Source of the DNA: Clostridia bacterium
Lineage (GTDB): Bacteria; Bacillota; Clostridia; UBA1381
Direction: 5' to 3'
DNA length: 64,000 bases
Assembly: GCA_045649825.1 (NCBI GenBank)
Contig: JAZRQO010000021.1
Location: forward strand, 6,388-70,387
Shown: piece by piece, positions 39,921 to 50,593 of the stretch
How positions within the stretch are numbered: the first letter of the stretch is position 1
Layout of the letters: every line of letters starts with the position of its first letter
Notes under the pieces: generated by a model
The model's database searches: none
What the model saw: only the letters and a program-made list of their open reading frames with translations
Told to the model about the DNA's origin: nothing
Program-made: the position numbers and the translations under genes

Positions 39921-40822
39921 AATTCATCACCACTTGTAAATCCAAAATTTTTCATATGAAAATTACTGTTACGCCAATCATTCTTAACTCTTACCCAAAG
40001 CTCCAGATAAACCTTTTTGTCGAGCATTTTTTCTATGTCGCCTCTTGCCATAGATCCTACCTTTTTGAGCATATCACCGTTTTTACCGATTACTATGCCC
40101 TTATGGGATGCTTTTTCGCAATATATTACAGCATTAATGGCAGTAATGTTTTTCTTCTCCTGCATTCTTTCGATTTCTATCGCTATACCGTGGGGGACCT
40201 CTTTATCAAGGCACCACAGGAGCTTTTCTCTTATGATTTCTGCCGCAATCTGCTTTTCGGGCTGGTCTGTTATCATATCGTCATAGTAGAACTTAGGTCC
40301 TTCCGTAAGATAATCACGGATATCCTCTAAAAGCAAATCAACACCGTCGTTATTCTTTGCGCTTATGGGAACTACCGCGTCAAAATCTGCAAGACTGCTG
40401 TAATCCGCAATAAGAGGCAAAAGATTTTCTTTTGGCATAAGGTCTATTTTGTTTATAACAAGAATACAGGGAATTCCCGACTTTTCCACATCTGATGCAA
40501 TCTTACGTTCCATTTCCTGAATTCTTCGTGTTGCATCAACCATAAACACCACTATATCGGTATCGTTGATTGACTGCTTTGCTTCACTTACCATAAACTC
40601 GCCAAGCTTATTATGAGGTGTATGAATTCCCGGTGTGTCGGTAAAAATTATCTGTTCCTCATCAGTTGTATGAATGGCAAGTATTTTATTTCTTGTTGTT
40701 TGGGGCTTGTCTGATATTATTGCAATTTTTTGCCCCACTATGCTGTTGAGCAAAGAGGATTTGCCCACATTCGGCATTCCCACTATTGCAACAAAGCCCG
40801 ATTTAAAGCTTTTATTTTTCAT
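39917..40822 (-). CDS. era: GTPase Era
   Basis: G1 motif [17 protein letters not shown], and a C-terminal KH domain. Confidence 0.95.
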   Translation of the reverse strand: MKNKSFKSGFVAIVGMPNVGKSSLLNSIVGQKIAIISDKPQTTRNKILAIHTTDEEQIIFTDTPGIHTPHNKLGEFMVSEAKQSINDTDIVVFMVDATRRIQEMERKIASDVEKSGIPCILVINKIDLMPKENLLPLIADYSSLADFDAVVPISAKNNDGVDLLLEDIRDYLTEGPKFYYDDMITDQPEKQIAAEIIREKLLWCLDKEVPHGIAIEIERMQEKKNITAINAVIYCEKASHKGIVIGKNGDMLKKVGSMARGDIEKMLDKKVYLELWVRVKNDWRNSNFHMKNFGFTSGDEF

Positions 40823-40834
40823 AAATTCCTCCGT

Positions 40835-41293
40835 TTATTTCTTTAATAACAGCACTCTCACGTCTATGATAATAAGTACAATTAATATTACAACACCGCG
40901 AACGGAAGTAAAAATACCTGTAAGGGCACTGATTATTTTAGTTATGTTGCCAAAAAGCGTAATTCCCACCGCTATACTGAAAATTGCAGAAACAAGAGTT
41001 GCCGCCGCACCGTAATCTTTGGCATGCCCCGCCTCATCACGGATTTCCGTGGTGGCAGTATCCACCGCCATTTCAACCGCACTGTTGAAAAGCTCGGCAG
41101 ATATAACAAATCCTACAGTTAAAAGCAAAACAGCCCACTCCACTGAGCTTATTCCGTAAAATGCAGCAAAAAAGCATATAAGATTTCCTACACAAAAATG
41201 AAATCTCAGATTTCTCTCATAATGGAGAGCATCCCAAAAGCCCTTAACAGCATAATGTAAGCTTTTTACAAAGCTATGATTCTTTTTATCCAT
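40835..41293 (-). CDS. dgkA: Diacylglycerol/undecaprenol kinase (DgkA family)
   Basis: Small 3-TM protein with an ELFNSAVE-type motif, in the conserved ybeY-dgkA-era position. Confidence 0.8.
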   Translation of the reverse strand: MDKKNHSFVKSLHYAVKGFWDALHYERNLRFHFCVGNLICFFAAFYGISSVEWAVLLLTVGFVISAELFNSAVEMAVDTATTEIRDEAGHAKDYGAAATLVSAIFSIAVGITLFGNITKIISALTGIFTSVRGVVILIVLIIIDVRVLLLKK

Positions 41294-41779
41294 TCAGATT
41301 ACCTCTCTTGTTATGCCAAGACTTTCAAGGATTTTTTCCTGTTTTTCAAACATTTCCTTTTCTTCGTCAGGTTCCATATGGTCATAGCCCAGAAGATGAA
41401 GCATTGAATGAGCCGTAAGGAAAGCTACCTCTCTTTTAAGACTGTGCCCATAGCTCTGAGCCTGCTCCGAAGCACGTTCAAGACTGATTACAATATCGCC
41501 AAGCACAATTTCTCCGCCGTCAAATTCAAAATCTGCCACGGCTTCGCCGTTTTCGTCAAATTCAAGCATAGGAAAAGACAAAACATCAGTTACTTTATCA
41601 ATATCTCTGTGCTCGCAATTTATTCTTTTTATTTCTTCATTGTCAACAAACGTAACACTTATCTGTGCCTCTTCCTCAAAACCTTCGCTTTCAAGTGAAC
41701 GGGCACAGACATTTTCTACTGTTTGTTTAAGCTCATCTGTCAGTTCAAGACTGCTTTGAGCGTTCTCTATAAGCAGCAT
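41294..41779 (-). CDS. ybeY: rRNA maturation RNase YbeY
   Basis: HSMLHLLGYDH zinc-binding motif. The start at MLLIEN overlaps the phoH 3' end. Confidence 0.9.
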   Translation of the reverse strand: MLLIENAQSSLELTDELKQTVENVCARSLESEGFEEEAQISVTFVDNEEIKRINCEHRDIDKVTDVLSFPMLEFDENGEAVADFEFDGGEIVLGDIVISLERASEQAQSYGHSLKREVAFLTAHSMLHLLGYDHMEPDEEKEMFEKQEKILESLGITREVI

Positions 41780-42755
41780 ATTTTCTTTCCCTTTCTTCTT
41801 CGTATCGTGCATATGCTTTGATTATCCGCTGAACAAGGGGATGGCGTACAACATCCTTTTCTGTCAGATAACAAAAAGCAAGGTCCTCTATATTTTTAAG
41901 AACGCGTTCTGCCTCCTTAAGTCCTGATTTCTTACCCGATGGAAGGTCCACCTGAGTGATATCTCCCGTAATTATGGCGTGGGAGCCGAAACCTATTCTT
42001 GTGAGAAACATTTTCATCTGCTCGGGAGTTGTGTTCTGCGCTTCGTCAAGAATTATAAAGGCATTATCAAGCGTTCTTCCTCGCATATATGCAAGGGGAG
42101 CAACCTCTATCATACCTCTTTCCTGGTATCTTGCAAACCCTTCCGCACCAAGCATTTCATACATTCCGTCATAAAGCGGTCTAAGATAGGGATCTACCTT
42201 ATTCTGAAGGTCGCCGGGCAAAAAACCGAGCTTTTCGCCTGCTTCAACTGCAGGCCTTGTTAGAATAATTCTGTTTACCTCACGGGCACGAAGAGCCATT
42301 ACCGCCTTTGCAACTGCAAGATAGGTCTTACCCGTTCCTGCAGGGCCTATGCCGAAAACAATTGTATTTTCATCTATGGCATTTATATAGTTTTTCTGCC
42401 CAAGAGTTTTTGTTTTAATAGGTACGCCTTTAGAGTTTACCGCAACAACGTCACTTCCCAGCTTTTTAAGGTCTACTCCTCCGTTTTCACGAATAACTGA
42501 AATAGCATATAAAATTTTCTGGTCGTCAAGAGCTTCTCCGCGAAGCACATCCTGAACAAGCACCTCAATTACCGCTTCCGCGTCCTCTACATTTTCCTCA
42601 ACGCCCGAAACGGAAAGCCCACCGTCGTGGGATGAGATTTTTACTGAAAGAGATTTTTCAACAAGCTTAATGTTAGAGTCAAAGCTTCCGAAAAGTGCCG
42701 CAGTATCAAACCCCTGAGGTAACTCAATTTGTCTTTGCATCATAATTATTATCAT
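41745..42755 (-). CDS. phoH: PhoH-family ATPase
   Basis: Walker A GPAGTGKT and ILDEAQN. The ORF-track N-terminal extension (to 42866) runs through a structured intergenic element and was trimmed to MIIIMMQRQ. Confidence 0.85.
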   Translation of the reverse strand: MIIIMMQRQIELPQGFDTAALFGSFDSNIKLVEKSLSVKISSHDGGLSVSGVEENVEDAEAVIEVLVQDVLRGEALDDQKILYAISVIRENGGVDLKKLGSDVVAVNSKGVPIKTKTLGQKNYINAIDENTIVFGIGPAGTGKTYLAVAKAVMALRAREVNRIILTRPAVEAGEKLGFLPGDLQNKVDPYLRPLYDGMYEMLGAEGFARYQERGMIEVAPLAYMRGRTLDNAFIILDEAQNTTPEQMKMFLTRIGFGSHAIITGDITQVDLPSGKKSGLKEAERVLKNIEDLAFCYLTEKDVVRHPLVQRIIKAYARYEEERERKYAAYRERSKQS

Positions 42756-42785
42756 TAACTCCTTTACTGAACTTAAGTCTCGAAG

Positions 42786-42870
42786 AAAATTGTTCCTATT
42801 GCCGATTTGCAGCGAGTGGTGCGGTACGAGTGTACCGCACCGAGCAAAAATTGGTGATAGGGGCAATTTT
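42786..42870 (+). other. Long imperfect hairpin / inverted repeat between yqfD and phoH. It is more stable as a plus-strand RNA.
   Basis: I paired the arms by hand. Arm 42786-42810 pairs with arm 42844-42870 for about 25 bp, of which 5 are G-U only in the plus-strand sense. This encloses a perfect 10-bp GC-rich hairpin (42818-42827 / 42832-42841). Confidence 0.5.
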
Positions 42871-42884
42871 ATTCAGACTTATTT

Positions 42885-44054
42885 TTATCTTGGGACGGTT
42901 ACACCGATATCCTCTTTAAAACTGTATATTCCTGTTACATTAACGCAATCTTTCCCGTCTGAAACAATATAATCTTCTTCTATAAGCCTTGCAGAAGCAC
43001 CCAGCTTTTCAGCAACACGGGCGGACAGGTCGCGTTTTGCAAATTCAACAACCCAATCTCGGGGAAGCTGAACTTTTATAACATCCGCCTCCATATGCTT
43101 ATATTGCTTAACAGAAAATTTCTTAGTGGATATAATATCTTTCTCAACCGTTACACCATTATCATATCCCGGGTTTTTAAAAAGACTCAGATTTCTTGAA
43201 AAAAACTTTATATCATATGTTTTCTTTTCCCTGCCTGTAAACTCATTCCTGTTTTCAAAAAGCATATATTTGCCGGATTCTTCATATCGGGTAAGCGCCA
43301 TCACTTCTCCGTCTGCATGAACCTCATAGCTACCTACAACTTCATTCTTGCCGATTTCAACTGTTCCTGATATAAGCAATTCTCCCGCACTGACTGCATT
43401 GCCGGGAAGCACAACTTCTTTCCCTTCCTTAACAGACATCTCCGTTATAAATCCGTCCTTTGCCGCAATTATATCGCAAGGCTCGTCAACATCCACAACA
43501 ACAGGCGGTATTATACCTTCGTGAATACGAACAGTGGCACGCATACCCTTTATATAAACCCATCCCCAGGGTACATTGGGAAATGACTCTGTAAGGTGAT
43601 TTTTCATTGCTCTCCCGTCGGGCAGGTCTTTAAGAAGCGCTCCAGGCTTTACTCCGATTTCTTCAAGCTTTGCAAGGACTTCCTTTTCGGTGAGATTTCC
43701 ATCGGTTTCTACACGTATATCCCACAAAAACAGTGACGACACAGCGAAAAACAGGAAAAAAATCGACACACCCACAGGAAAACATATTCTTTTTTTATAC
43801 CGGCGAAGCATACTGTAGAACCCTGATTCTTTTTCGATTTTAAGTTTTACATCAAGGTCGTCTGCAAGTTTGTATAAATCATAAAAACATTCCGTAACAA
43901 TAGCAAACCTTACTTCTTCGCCTGAGGTTATATTATAAAGCTTTATGCCACGTTCCGCACACGACGACACAAGCTTCCACACCGATTTACCGTATGCCTT
44001 TATTATAACATATCCTTTTAAAAAATAAAAGAACTTAATCAAAATCATTTTCAA
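42885..44054 (-). CDS. yqfD: Sporulation protein YqfD
   Basis: 389-aa protein with a central TM segment, in the yqfC-yqfD-phoH synteny. Confidence 0.8.
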   Translation of the reverse strand: MKMILIKFFYFLKGYVIIKAYGKSVWKLVSSCAERGIKLYNITSGEEVRFAIVTECFYDLYKLADDLDVKLKIEKESGFYSMLRRYKKRICFPVGVSIFFLFFAVSSLFLWDIRVETDGNLTEKEVLAKLEEIGVKPGALLKDLPDGRAMKNHLTESFPNVPWGWVYIKGMRATVRIHEGIIPPVVVDVDEPCDIIAAKDGFITEMSVKEGKEVVLPGNAVSAGELLISGTVEIGKNEVVGSYEVHADGEVMALTRYEESGKYMLFENRNEFTGREKKTYDIKFFSRNLSLFKNPGYDNGVTVEKDIISTKKFSVKQYKHMEADVIKVQLPRDWVVEFAKRDLSARVAEKLGASARLIEEDYIVSDGKDCVNVTGIYSFKEDIGVTVPR

Positions 44055-44115
44055 TTTCTCCTATTTTTTCATATTTTGCAGGTGGCATATGTACAATGTG
44101 CTACAAAATTTGTAA

Positions 44116-44388
44116 TCAATGCTCAAAGACTATACTGTGAAATATCCCTTCGATTAAAACATCATACTTATTTATGTAAGAAACACAAAAATCAGCACCT
44201 GTTATCCTGATTACTGAATACTTTGTTTTTATTCGTATAAGTTCTTTTGTATACTCTAAAATTCCTTTATGATTTTCTATATAAAGCTCTCTGTTTTCTG
44301 CAAAAGACAGCTTTGCAAGCTCCATAACCGTTTCCTTGGGCACACCGTTATATTCTGATATTTTGTCCCCCACCGTTCGCTTGTTCAT
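44116..44388 (-). CDS. yqfC: Sporulation protein YqfC (YabP family)
   Basis: Small YabP-like protein immediately upstream of yqfD. Confidence 0.75.
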   Translation of the reverse strand: MNKRTVGDKISEYNGVPKETVMELAKLSFAENRELYIENHKGILEYTKELIRIKTKYSVIRITGADFCVSYINKYDVLIEGIFHSIVFEH

Positions 44389-44520
44389 ATAATCACCCCA
44401 GCAATACAAATCTTCAGTTAATATTTATGACAAAAGCTCCGTAATAATGTTCAAAGGAGTTTTAAAAATTTAAATATTTGCATAAAAATAAACAAATACA
44501 ACTCCGAAAGGGCTGGTTTT

Positions 44521-45579
44521 ATGAAAAACAAGTTATTTGTTGCTTTCACTCTTATAGTTGTGGGCTTACTGATAATAAAGGGCGAAAATGCAATTATGTA
44601 TTCAAGGGATGCTCTGTTTTTATGCACCGATATGATTATTCCCTCGCTTTTTCCTTTCTTCGTATGCTCCGGTATTCTTGTTTATTCAGGCTTTTGCCAG
44701 AGAATATCAAAGCTATTCTCACCTGTTATGAAACCGCTTTTTAATATAAACCCCAATGGCAGCAGTGCATTTGTGCTTGGCATAATAAGCGGCTATCCTT
44801 TAGGTGCCGTTACTGCCTGTCAGCTTTATGAAGCGGGATATATTTCTAAAAGCGAAACCGAGCGCCTGCTTGCTTTTTGCAACAATTCAGGACCCCTGTT
44901 TATTTTAGGCTCTGTAGGTGTGGGGCTATATATGGGGCTTGACGTCGGGATATTACTTTATGCATCACATATATTAGGAGCAATACTGGTTGGCATTTGT
45001 ATGCGAAATCACTCGAAGGAGAAACATTCAGCTCCACCATATGAACTATCCACCAAAGAAGTTTCCTTTGCAGAAATATTTAAAACCTCCACAGTTAATG
45101 CCACAAACAGCATGCTTCTTGTTTGCGGCACCATTCTGTTCTTCTCTGTAGCTTCACGCTTGTTTCTTGACATTATACCTTTTGAAATTCCGCCCCTCGT
45201 TTACGGATTATTTGAATTTGCAAGCGGAAATGTTCTTATTTCCACTTCAGGAACACCTCTGCCTTTGAAGCTTATCTGGGCATCTGTTGTGACGGGGTTT
45301 GCAGGGCTTAGCGTTCATATGCAGGTTATGGCAGTTACATCAAATCACGGATTGTCGGTTAAGCCGTATATTTTAGGCAAAATCCTTCACGGTCTTTTCA
45401 GCGGTGCAATTACCTTTATTCTTATACGCCTGACGGGAACTGTTACGGCATCGCTTCCATCCTTACAATCGGCATACGCCACATTTACCCTGGCATCTGC
45501 TTATACGATTATGTGCGTGGCCGCAATTATACTAATACTCATATTTATGAATTTACAAAAAAAGAAGCGGAAAGCTTAA
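44521..45579 (+). CDS. ylbJ: Sporulation integral membrane protein YlbJ (nucleoside-recognition-domain family)
   Basis: Polytopic protein with LFLCTDMIIPSLFPFFVCSGIL near the N-terminus, as is characteristic of YlbJ. Confidence 0.7.
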   Translation: MKNKLFVAFTLIVVGLLIIKGENAIMYSRDALFLCTDMIIPSLFPFFVCSGILVYSGFCQRISKLFSPVMKPLFNINPNGSSAFVLGIISGYPLGAVTACQLYEAGYISKSETERLLAFCNNSGPLFILGSVGVGLYMGLDVGILLYASHILGAILVGICMRNHSKEKHSAPPYELSTKEVSFAEIFKTSTVNATNSMLLVCGTILFFSVASRLFLDIIPFEIPPLVYGLFEFASGNVLISTSGTPLPLKLIWASVVTGFAGLSVHMQVMAVTSNHGLSVKPYILGKILHGLFSGAITFILIRLTGTVTASLPSLQSAYATFTLASAYTIMCVAAIILILIFMNLQKKKRKA

Positions 45580-45591
45580 TCTCCGCTTCTT
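45556..45591 (-). terminator. Intrinsic terminator of kdgK-eda
   Basis: Stem AGAAGCGGA (45563-45571) / TCCGCTTCT (45582-45590), followed by a U-run on the minus strand. Confidence 0.6.
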
Positions 45592-45604
45592 AAAAATATT
45601 CAAC

Positions 45605-46636
45605 TTATCTCTGCACACGGCCCGAGCCATCGCCCCCTGCAAGGTTATCGACATCCGCTCTTGAAACAAGATTGAAATCGCCTGGAATTGTGTGCTTAAG
45701 TGCTGATGCAGCAACACCGAATTCAAGCGCTTCTTTAAAATTCTTTCCGTCAAGGAAACCGCATATTGTTCCGCCTGCAAAGCTGTCGCCACCCCCAACT
45801 CGGTCTACGATAGGTGAAATTCTGTATTCTCTTGAATGATAGAATTCCTTTGTATCTCTTGAATATATACAAGCAGACCACCCGTTGTCTGACGCTGAGT
45901 GTGAAACTCTGAGTGATGATATTACATACTCAAAATTAAACTTCTCTACCATCTGCTCAAATATGCTCTTGTAGCCTGCAAGTTCAAGTTCACCACTTGT
46001 AACATCAGTATTGCCGGGTTTGAAGCCTAGTACCTTTTCTGCATCTTCCTCGTTACCAATACAAACATCAACATACTGCATAAGGTTTGACATTACTACT
46101 CTAGCCTTTTCGCTTGACCAGAGTTTTTTTCTGAAGTTAAGGTCGCAGCTTACCTTTACGCTATGCTTTTTTGCAGCCTTTAAAGCTTCTTCTGTAAGCT
46201 CCGCTGCCATATCGGAAACTGCAGGGGTAATTCCTGTGAAATGGAACCAATCACAGCCTTCAAAAATTTTATCAAAATCAAAATCTTCCGCTTTTGCAGT
46301 TGAGATGGAAGAATGTGCTCTGTCGTATACTACATTTGAAGCACGCATTGCAGCCCCTGTTTCAAGGAAGTATATGCCAAGTCTTTCGCCGCCTCTTGCA
46401 ATATTATCGGTTTTTACATTCATTTTACGAAGAGCCGCAACCGCACAATCACCGATTGGGTTTTCAGGAACCTTTGTTACAAACTCAGCATCGTGACCGT
46501 AGTTTGCAAGGGATATTGCTACATTTGCTTCACCACCACCGTAGCAAACATCAAATTCATCTGCCTGAATAAATTTCTCGTTGCCGGGAGTAGAAAGTCT
46601 CAGCATTATTTCTCCCATTGTTACTATTTTAGCCAT
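45605..46636 (-). CDS. kdgK: 2-dehydro-3-deoxygluconokinase (PfkB family)
   Basis: PfkB motifs (GGGEANVA, DRVGGGDSFAGG). It is paired with eda. Confidence 0.85.
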   Translation of the reverse strand: MAKIVTMGEIMLRLSTPGNEKFIQADEFDVCYGGGEANVAISLANYGHDAEFVTKVPENPIGDCAVAALRKMNVKTDNIARGGERLGIYFLETGAAMRASNVVYDRAHSSISTAKAEDFDFDKIFEGCDWFHFTGITPAVSDMAAELTEEALKAAKKHSVKVSCDLNFRKKLWSSEKARVVMSNLMQYVDVCIGNEEDAEKVLGFKPGNTDVTSGELELAGYKSIFEQMVEKFNFEYVISSLRVSHSASDNGWSACIYSRDTKEFYHSREYRISPIVDRVGGGDSFAGGTICGFLDGKNFKEALEFGVAASALKHTIPGDFNLVSRADVDNLAGGDGSGRVQR

Positions 46637-47277
46637 TAACCTCTAGCCTCCTTAATCTTTGCAATAAATTCCTTGGCAGTAGCTGTTATTTTTGCATAGT
46701 CACCTGATTTTGCGCCTGCTGTAAGTGAGCTTCCTGCACCTACCGCAACTGCTCCTGCTTTAATCCATTCATGCACATTGGAAATCTCAACACCGCCTGT
46801 GGGCATCATTTTCGCATGAGGCAAGGGGCCCTTTATATCTTTTATAATCTTAGGACCGAAAAGGTCGGCAGGGAATATTTTAATAATATCCGCTCCCGCT
46901 TCCATTGCAGTTAAAACCTCAGTAATTGTAATACATCCGGGCATATAGGGAATTCTGTAACGGTTGCAAAGCTTTGCCGCCTCAAGATTAAATCCGGGGC
47001 TTACAACATAGTTTGCACCTGAAAGTATTGCAATTCTTGCAGTTTCGCTATCCAGCACTGTCCCTGCTCCTAAAAGCATTTCGCCGTTTGAATATCTCTT
47101 GGCAAGCTCTTCTATTACCTTATGAGCACCCGGAACTGTGAATGTAAGCTCAATTGAAGGACATCCGCCTTCTAAGCATGCATCTGATATTCTGATTGCT
47201 TCATCTGCACTGTTCGCTCTTACAACTGCAACAAGTCCTGCATCTGTAAGCTTTGTTAAAACCCTTTCCTTGTCCAT
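46636..47277 (-). CDS. eda: KDPG / KHG aldolase
   Basis: Eda family pattern (IELTF, GAGTVL, PG, KIFPA). Confidence 0.9.
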   Translation of the reverse strand: MDKERVLTKLTDAGLVAVVRANSADEAIRISDACLEGGCPSIELTFTVPGAHKVIEELAKRYSNGEMLLGAGTVLDSETARIAILSGANYVVSPGFNLEAAKLCNRYRIPYMPGCITITEVLTAMEAGADIIKIFPADLFGPKIIKDIKGPLPHAKMMPTGGVEISNVHEWIKAGAVAVGAGSSLTAGAKSGDYAKITATAKEFIAKIKEARG

Positions 47278-47377
47278 TGTTATTCCTCCTGTAATCATTT
47301 TATGTTTATATTTAACTACATAAATTCAACGAACATCACATCAAGTTTTTGTACAGTAATTTTAATGTTTTTACACG

Positions 47378-47410
47378 CAAAAAACAGAGGACCATTTAAG
47401 TCCTCTGTTA
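47378..47410 (-). terminator. Intrinsic terminator after the SLH protein gene
   Basis: Stem ACAGAGGAC (47384-47392) / GTCCTCTGT (47400-47408), followed by a U-run on the minus strand. Confidence 0.75.
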
Positions 47411-47431
47411 TGTTATGCATTTTTATAATTC

Positions 47432-50431
47432 TTATTCGTATATAAAAATCATCTTAGGCTGCTTTGTATTACCAAGCGTTCCTGTATATCTGTAAATAGC
47501 AATTTTACTTGCACTTGTTCTTTCATACTTAGCTTCTCTTAACTCATCAGGTGTAATTCTTTCAGTATCCGAACCTTCTAAGAAAGGTGTAACTTTCGAA
47601 CCTTCGTCAGAAATTCTGTAAATAACAGCAGAATCTACAGAAATAAGCTTCTCGTTATCCTCAGGTAATGCATCATCAACAAATCCATCTGATGTTACAC
47701 GAAGCGAGTATTTACCATTATCATTCAGAACTTCAATTACATTTACAACTATAATGTCACTATAAGAATTGTTTGATGTTGTATTTGAATACCATGTTAA
47801 ACCATTAAAATTACAACCTGAAGCTATAGCCGATTTAACATCATCATATTTGAGTGCATGTTCTGCATTAACAAGGCCTGTTGTTGAATCAGTACCTGCT
47901 CTGAAGAAGTCACCCATCTTAATATCCGAAATGTCTACAGGGGTATAGTCTTCAACTGAGCCAACGAGATTTTCACTAACTGATGCTGACTTCTCTTTCA
48001 TCTCATCAGAATTAGCATAATAGCTTACCTGGTAAACCTGTTCATCATTCTCTACCACAGTACTGTGATCCTGGGCCAACAGATATATCTGTGTGTCATT
48101 CTTTACATTAGTGGTCTGAGTTTCTTTACCATACAAAACAACCAATTCAGCAATTTTTGAATCATTTACATTATATGGTTGCACCCAATACTGATTACCT
48201 GTTTTGAACGATGAAATAGAACGCTTTGCGTATTCATTATTCTTTGTTCTGTCCTGAGGAACATAAATAAATGTTGTTGAAGAATTTACATAGAAGTCGC
48301 CGCTATCAATAGGTTCTTCAACATCCCTAAAGCTGTTTGAGCTATATTTACGCTTTGCAAGTGCTGCATACGGTACTATCGCCATTGTATCCTCTGTTGT
48401 AGCATTAGTATAACTGGGATATACGCTTGGTTCAGCTACCATAATTTCTTCAACTTCAGTTCCGTTTATAGTAATTCTCGCAACCTGACAAGCATTTGAG
48501 AGATTTGGTAATGAACTTCCATACACTTTGTTTGTAACGTAATCAGGAACAGCTACATTAGGAAGTGATGAAAGCGGTGTAACATTGTCTGCCTCATAAA
48601 TATTGTTTTTAAGCTCATCTATTGCTTCCGAATAAGATTTAGTCATTCCATTATACTTTACTTTATTCTTTAAGGTATAGGTCTTAACAGCTGATGCTGA
48701 GGGAACATATGCTGTGATGGTACCGGTCTCTGCATCAGCATCGTTAACCGCTCTTATAATATATACATATGGGCTTGTGCTTTGTGTTGTAGCGGTTTGC
48801 ACGCCATACACAATCTCTCCGTAGCTGTCAATGTAGAATGTACCTTGTGAGCCTGTTTCTGTTTTAATATTTGCATTTTCAGGCTTAAAATATTCTTTAG
48901 CGTAATCACTGATTATATAATCTTTGCTATTAATAGTTATGGAACCATTTGCAGAAGATGTAGCTGTAATCTTACCTGTTACAGGTGATGAGCATACCTT
49001 TACTGTACGAACAGAAGCATCGTCGCTCTGAGCAACAAGAAGAACATCATTTGCCTTGAGTGATGTAGGTGAAACCTGAGCACCTGAAGAGTTTGTAATG
49101 CTTACTGTATATGTCACGCTATCAGGGTCAAGATATACTTCCCGGAGATGATGGACGGGAGGTGTTGTAAACTTCACCTTATTTGATACAAGGTAATCTG
49201 TTGTTGAAGGAGTTTTTGAAACTACAAGATAATCATAATCCATAATTTCAACTATATCAACAGAATTGTCACTGCCGCTGTCTGTGAGCTTTACTTCACC
49301 ATACATAAATGTTGAAGTCTGAGCAGGATCAAGAACAGAGGCGAGCTTTGATGCAACATTTGCAGGGTCAACAAGCTTTCCATTGTAATAAACAGAAACG
49401 CCTGATCCATTGATTGTTACATTTTTCAATCTATCGTTCTGGTCATAGTATGTAAGTGAAGCACCGCTAAAACCATCAATATCCTTTGAATTAACCACTG
49501 TTACAGTGTTTTTCGCAGACGCAAAATCTATTTCGTAAAGGGTATTCATATTTCCTGATTTGCCCTGACGATAATATACCACTGCTTCCTGACCAAGTCT
49601 TTCTTCAAACACAGACTTGTCCTCTGTATATGTGGTATAATCCATCTTAACTATTGTACCGTCACGAAGCATTATTGCCAGCTCGTCTATATAAAGCTGA
49701 CCACTGAAAGTAGAAAGAACCTTGTCCTCTATACCCACAATTGTTGCCTTTTCCTTTATAATTCCAAGATATGTTTCCATAAAAGTATCAAGATTATCTT
49801 TTATGTTACCATTTATATCGTACTGAGGAATTTCTACCTCGAGCACATTAAACATAAGCTGTGCTATAATACCTCTTGCAGCGGGCATAGATGTGTTAAC
49901 TGTAACTGCATCCTTTGTTATGCCGAGATTTCCTCCCTGCAAAATATAGCCGTTAGGCCATCCACCCATAGCAATAGCAGCATTCTCATAGCCTGCAGCA
50001 CAAACAATCATCTTAACTGCCTGCTCATATGTAACCTTTGAATCAGGCTCAAAAGTTCCGTCGCCCATACCGTTAACTATTCCTCTGTCGGCAGCAGCGA
50101 TAATGAAGCCCTTTGCCCAGTGACTGTCAATATCAGTGAATTTATCTGAGCTACCTACACTTGCATCTGCACCGAGAGCTGTTATTATGATTTTTGAAAA
50201 TTCAGCTCTTGTAATTTCTCCTTCGGGCTTGAAAGAGTATGTAGCACCGTTATCTTCTGTATAACCGTTAATAATACCCAGCTTGGTCAAGGTCATAATT
50301 CCTTCGTAATACTGAGTTTTGTTTGTTACGTCTGTAAATGATGACGGAGTGTCAGCGTGAGCAACGCCGCCAAAAGTGAGGCTGCTGAACAAACAAGCTG
50401 CAGCCACTAAAAGCGAAAACTTACGTTTCAT
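47432..50431 (-). CDS. Large secreted SLH-domain cell-surface protein (S-layer-like)
   Basis: Signal peptide MKRKFSLLVAAACLFSSLTFGGVAHA, then three SLH repeats (FTDV..., FKPEGEITRAEFSKII, FTDIDSHWAKGFI...GDGTFEPDSKVTYEQAVKMI), then about 800 aa of T/S/N/V/Y-rich beta-type sequence. An AGGAGG RBS precedes the ATG at 50431. Confidence 0.8.
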   Translation of the reverse strand: MKRKFSLLVAAACLFSSLTFGGVAHADTPSSFTDVTNKTQYYEGIMTLTKLGIINGYTEDNGATYSFKPEGEITRAEFSKIIITALGADASVGSSDKFTDIDSHWAKGFIIAAADRGIVNGMGDGTFEPDSKVTYEQAVKMIVCAAGYENAAIAMGGWPNGYILQGGNLGITKDAVTVNTSMPAARGIIAQLMFNVLEVEIPQYDINGNIKDNLDTFMETYLGIIKEKATIVGIEDKVLSTFSGQLYIDELAIMLRDGTIVKMDYTTYTEDKSVFEERLGQEAVVYYRQGKSGNMNTLYEIDFASAKNTVTVVNSKDIDGFSGASLTYYDQNDRLKNVTINGSGVSVYYNGKLVDPANVASKLASVLDPAQTSTFMYGEVKLTDSGSDNSVDIVEIMDYDYLVVSKTPSTTDYLVSNKVKFTTPPVHHLREVYLDPDSVTYTVSITNSSGAQVSPTSLKANDVLLVAQSDDASVRTVKVCSSPVTGKITATSSANGSITINSKDYIISDYAKEYFKPENANIKTETGSQGTFYIDSYGEIVYGVQTATTQSTSPYVYIIRAVNDADAETGTITAYVPSASAVKTYTLKNKVKYNGMTKSYSEAIDELKNNIYEADNVTPLSSLPNVAVPDYVTNKVYGSSLPNLSNACQVARITINGTEVEEIMVAEPSVYPSYTNATTEDTMAIVPYAALAKRKYSSNSFRDVEEPIDSGDFYVNSSTTFIYVPQDRTKNNEYAKRSISSFKTGNQYWVQPYNVNDSKIAELVVLYGKETQTTNVKNDTQIYLLAQDHSTVVENDEQVYQVSYYANSDEMKEKSASVSENLVGSVEDYTPVDISDIKMGDFFRAGTDSTTGLVNAEHALKYDDVKSAIASGCNFNGLTWYSNTTSNNSYSDIIVVNVIEVLNDNGKYSLRVTSDGFVDDALPEDNEKLISVDSAVIYRISDEGSKVTPFLEGSDTERITPDELREAKYERTSASKIAIYRYTGTLGNTKQPKMIFIYE

Positions 50432-50593
50432 ATTTAATTCCTCCTGAATTAGATTAATTATAGGCAACACAGGCGTTTCAAAAAATCGCCTATAGTGCCA
50501 TGCTGGCATTATAACATAAAATTCCTAATAACAAATATATAAGATATTTATATTACAATGAACGCTACCTATCGTATTTTATAGGATGCGTTA

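Noticed and set aside
42756-42866. N-terminal extension of the phoH ORF (MPLSPIFARCGTLVPHHSLQIGNRNNF...).
   Set aside because: The extension reads through the nested inverted repeat at 42786-42870. PhoH homologues start near MQRQIELP, so I treated it as non-coding.
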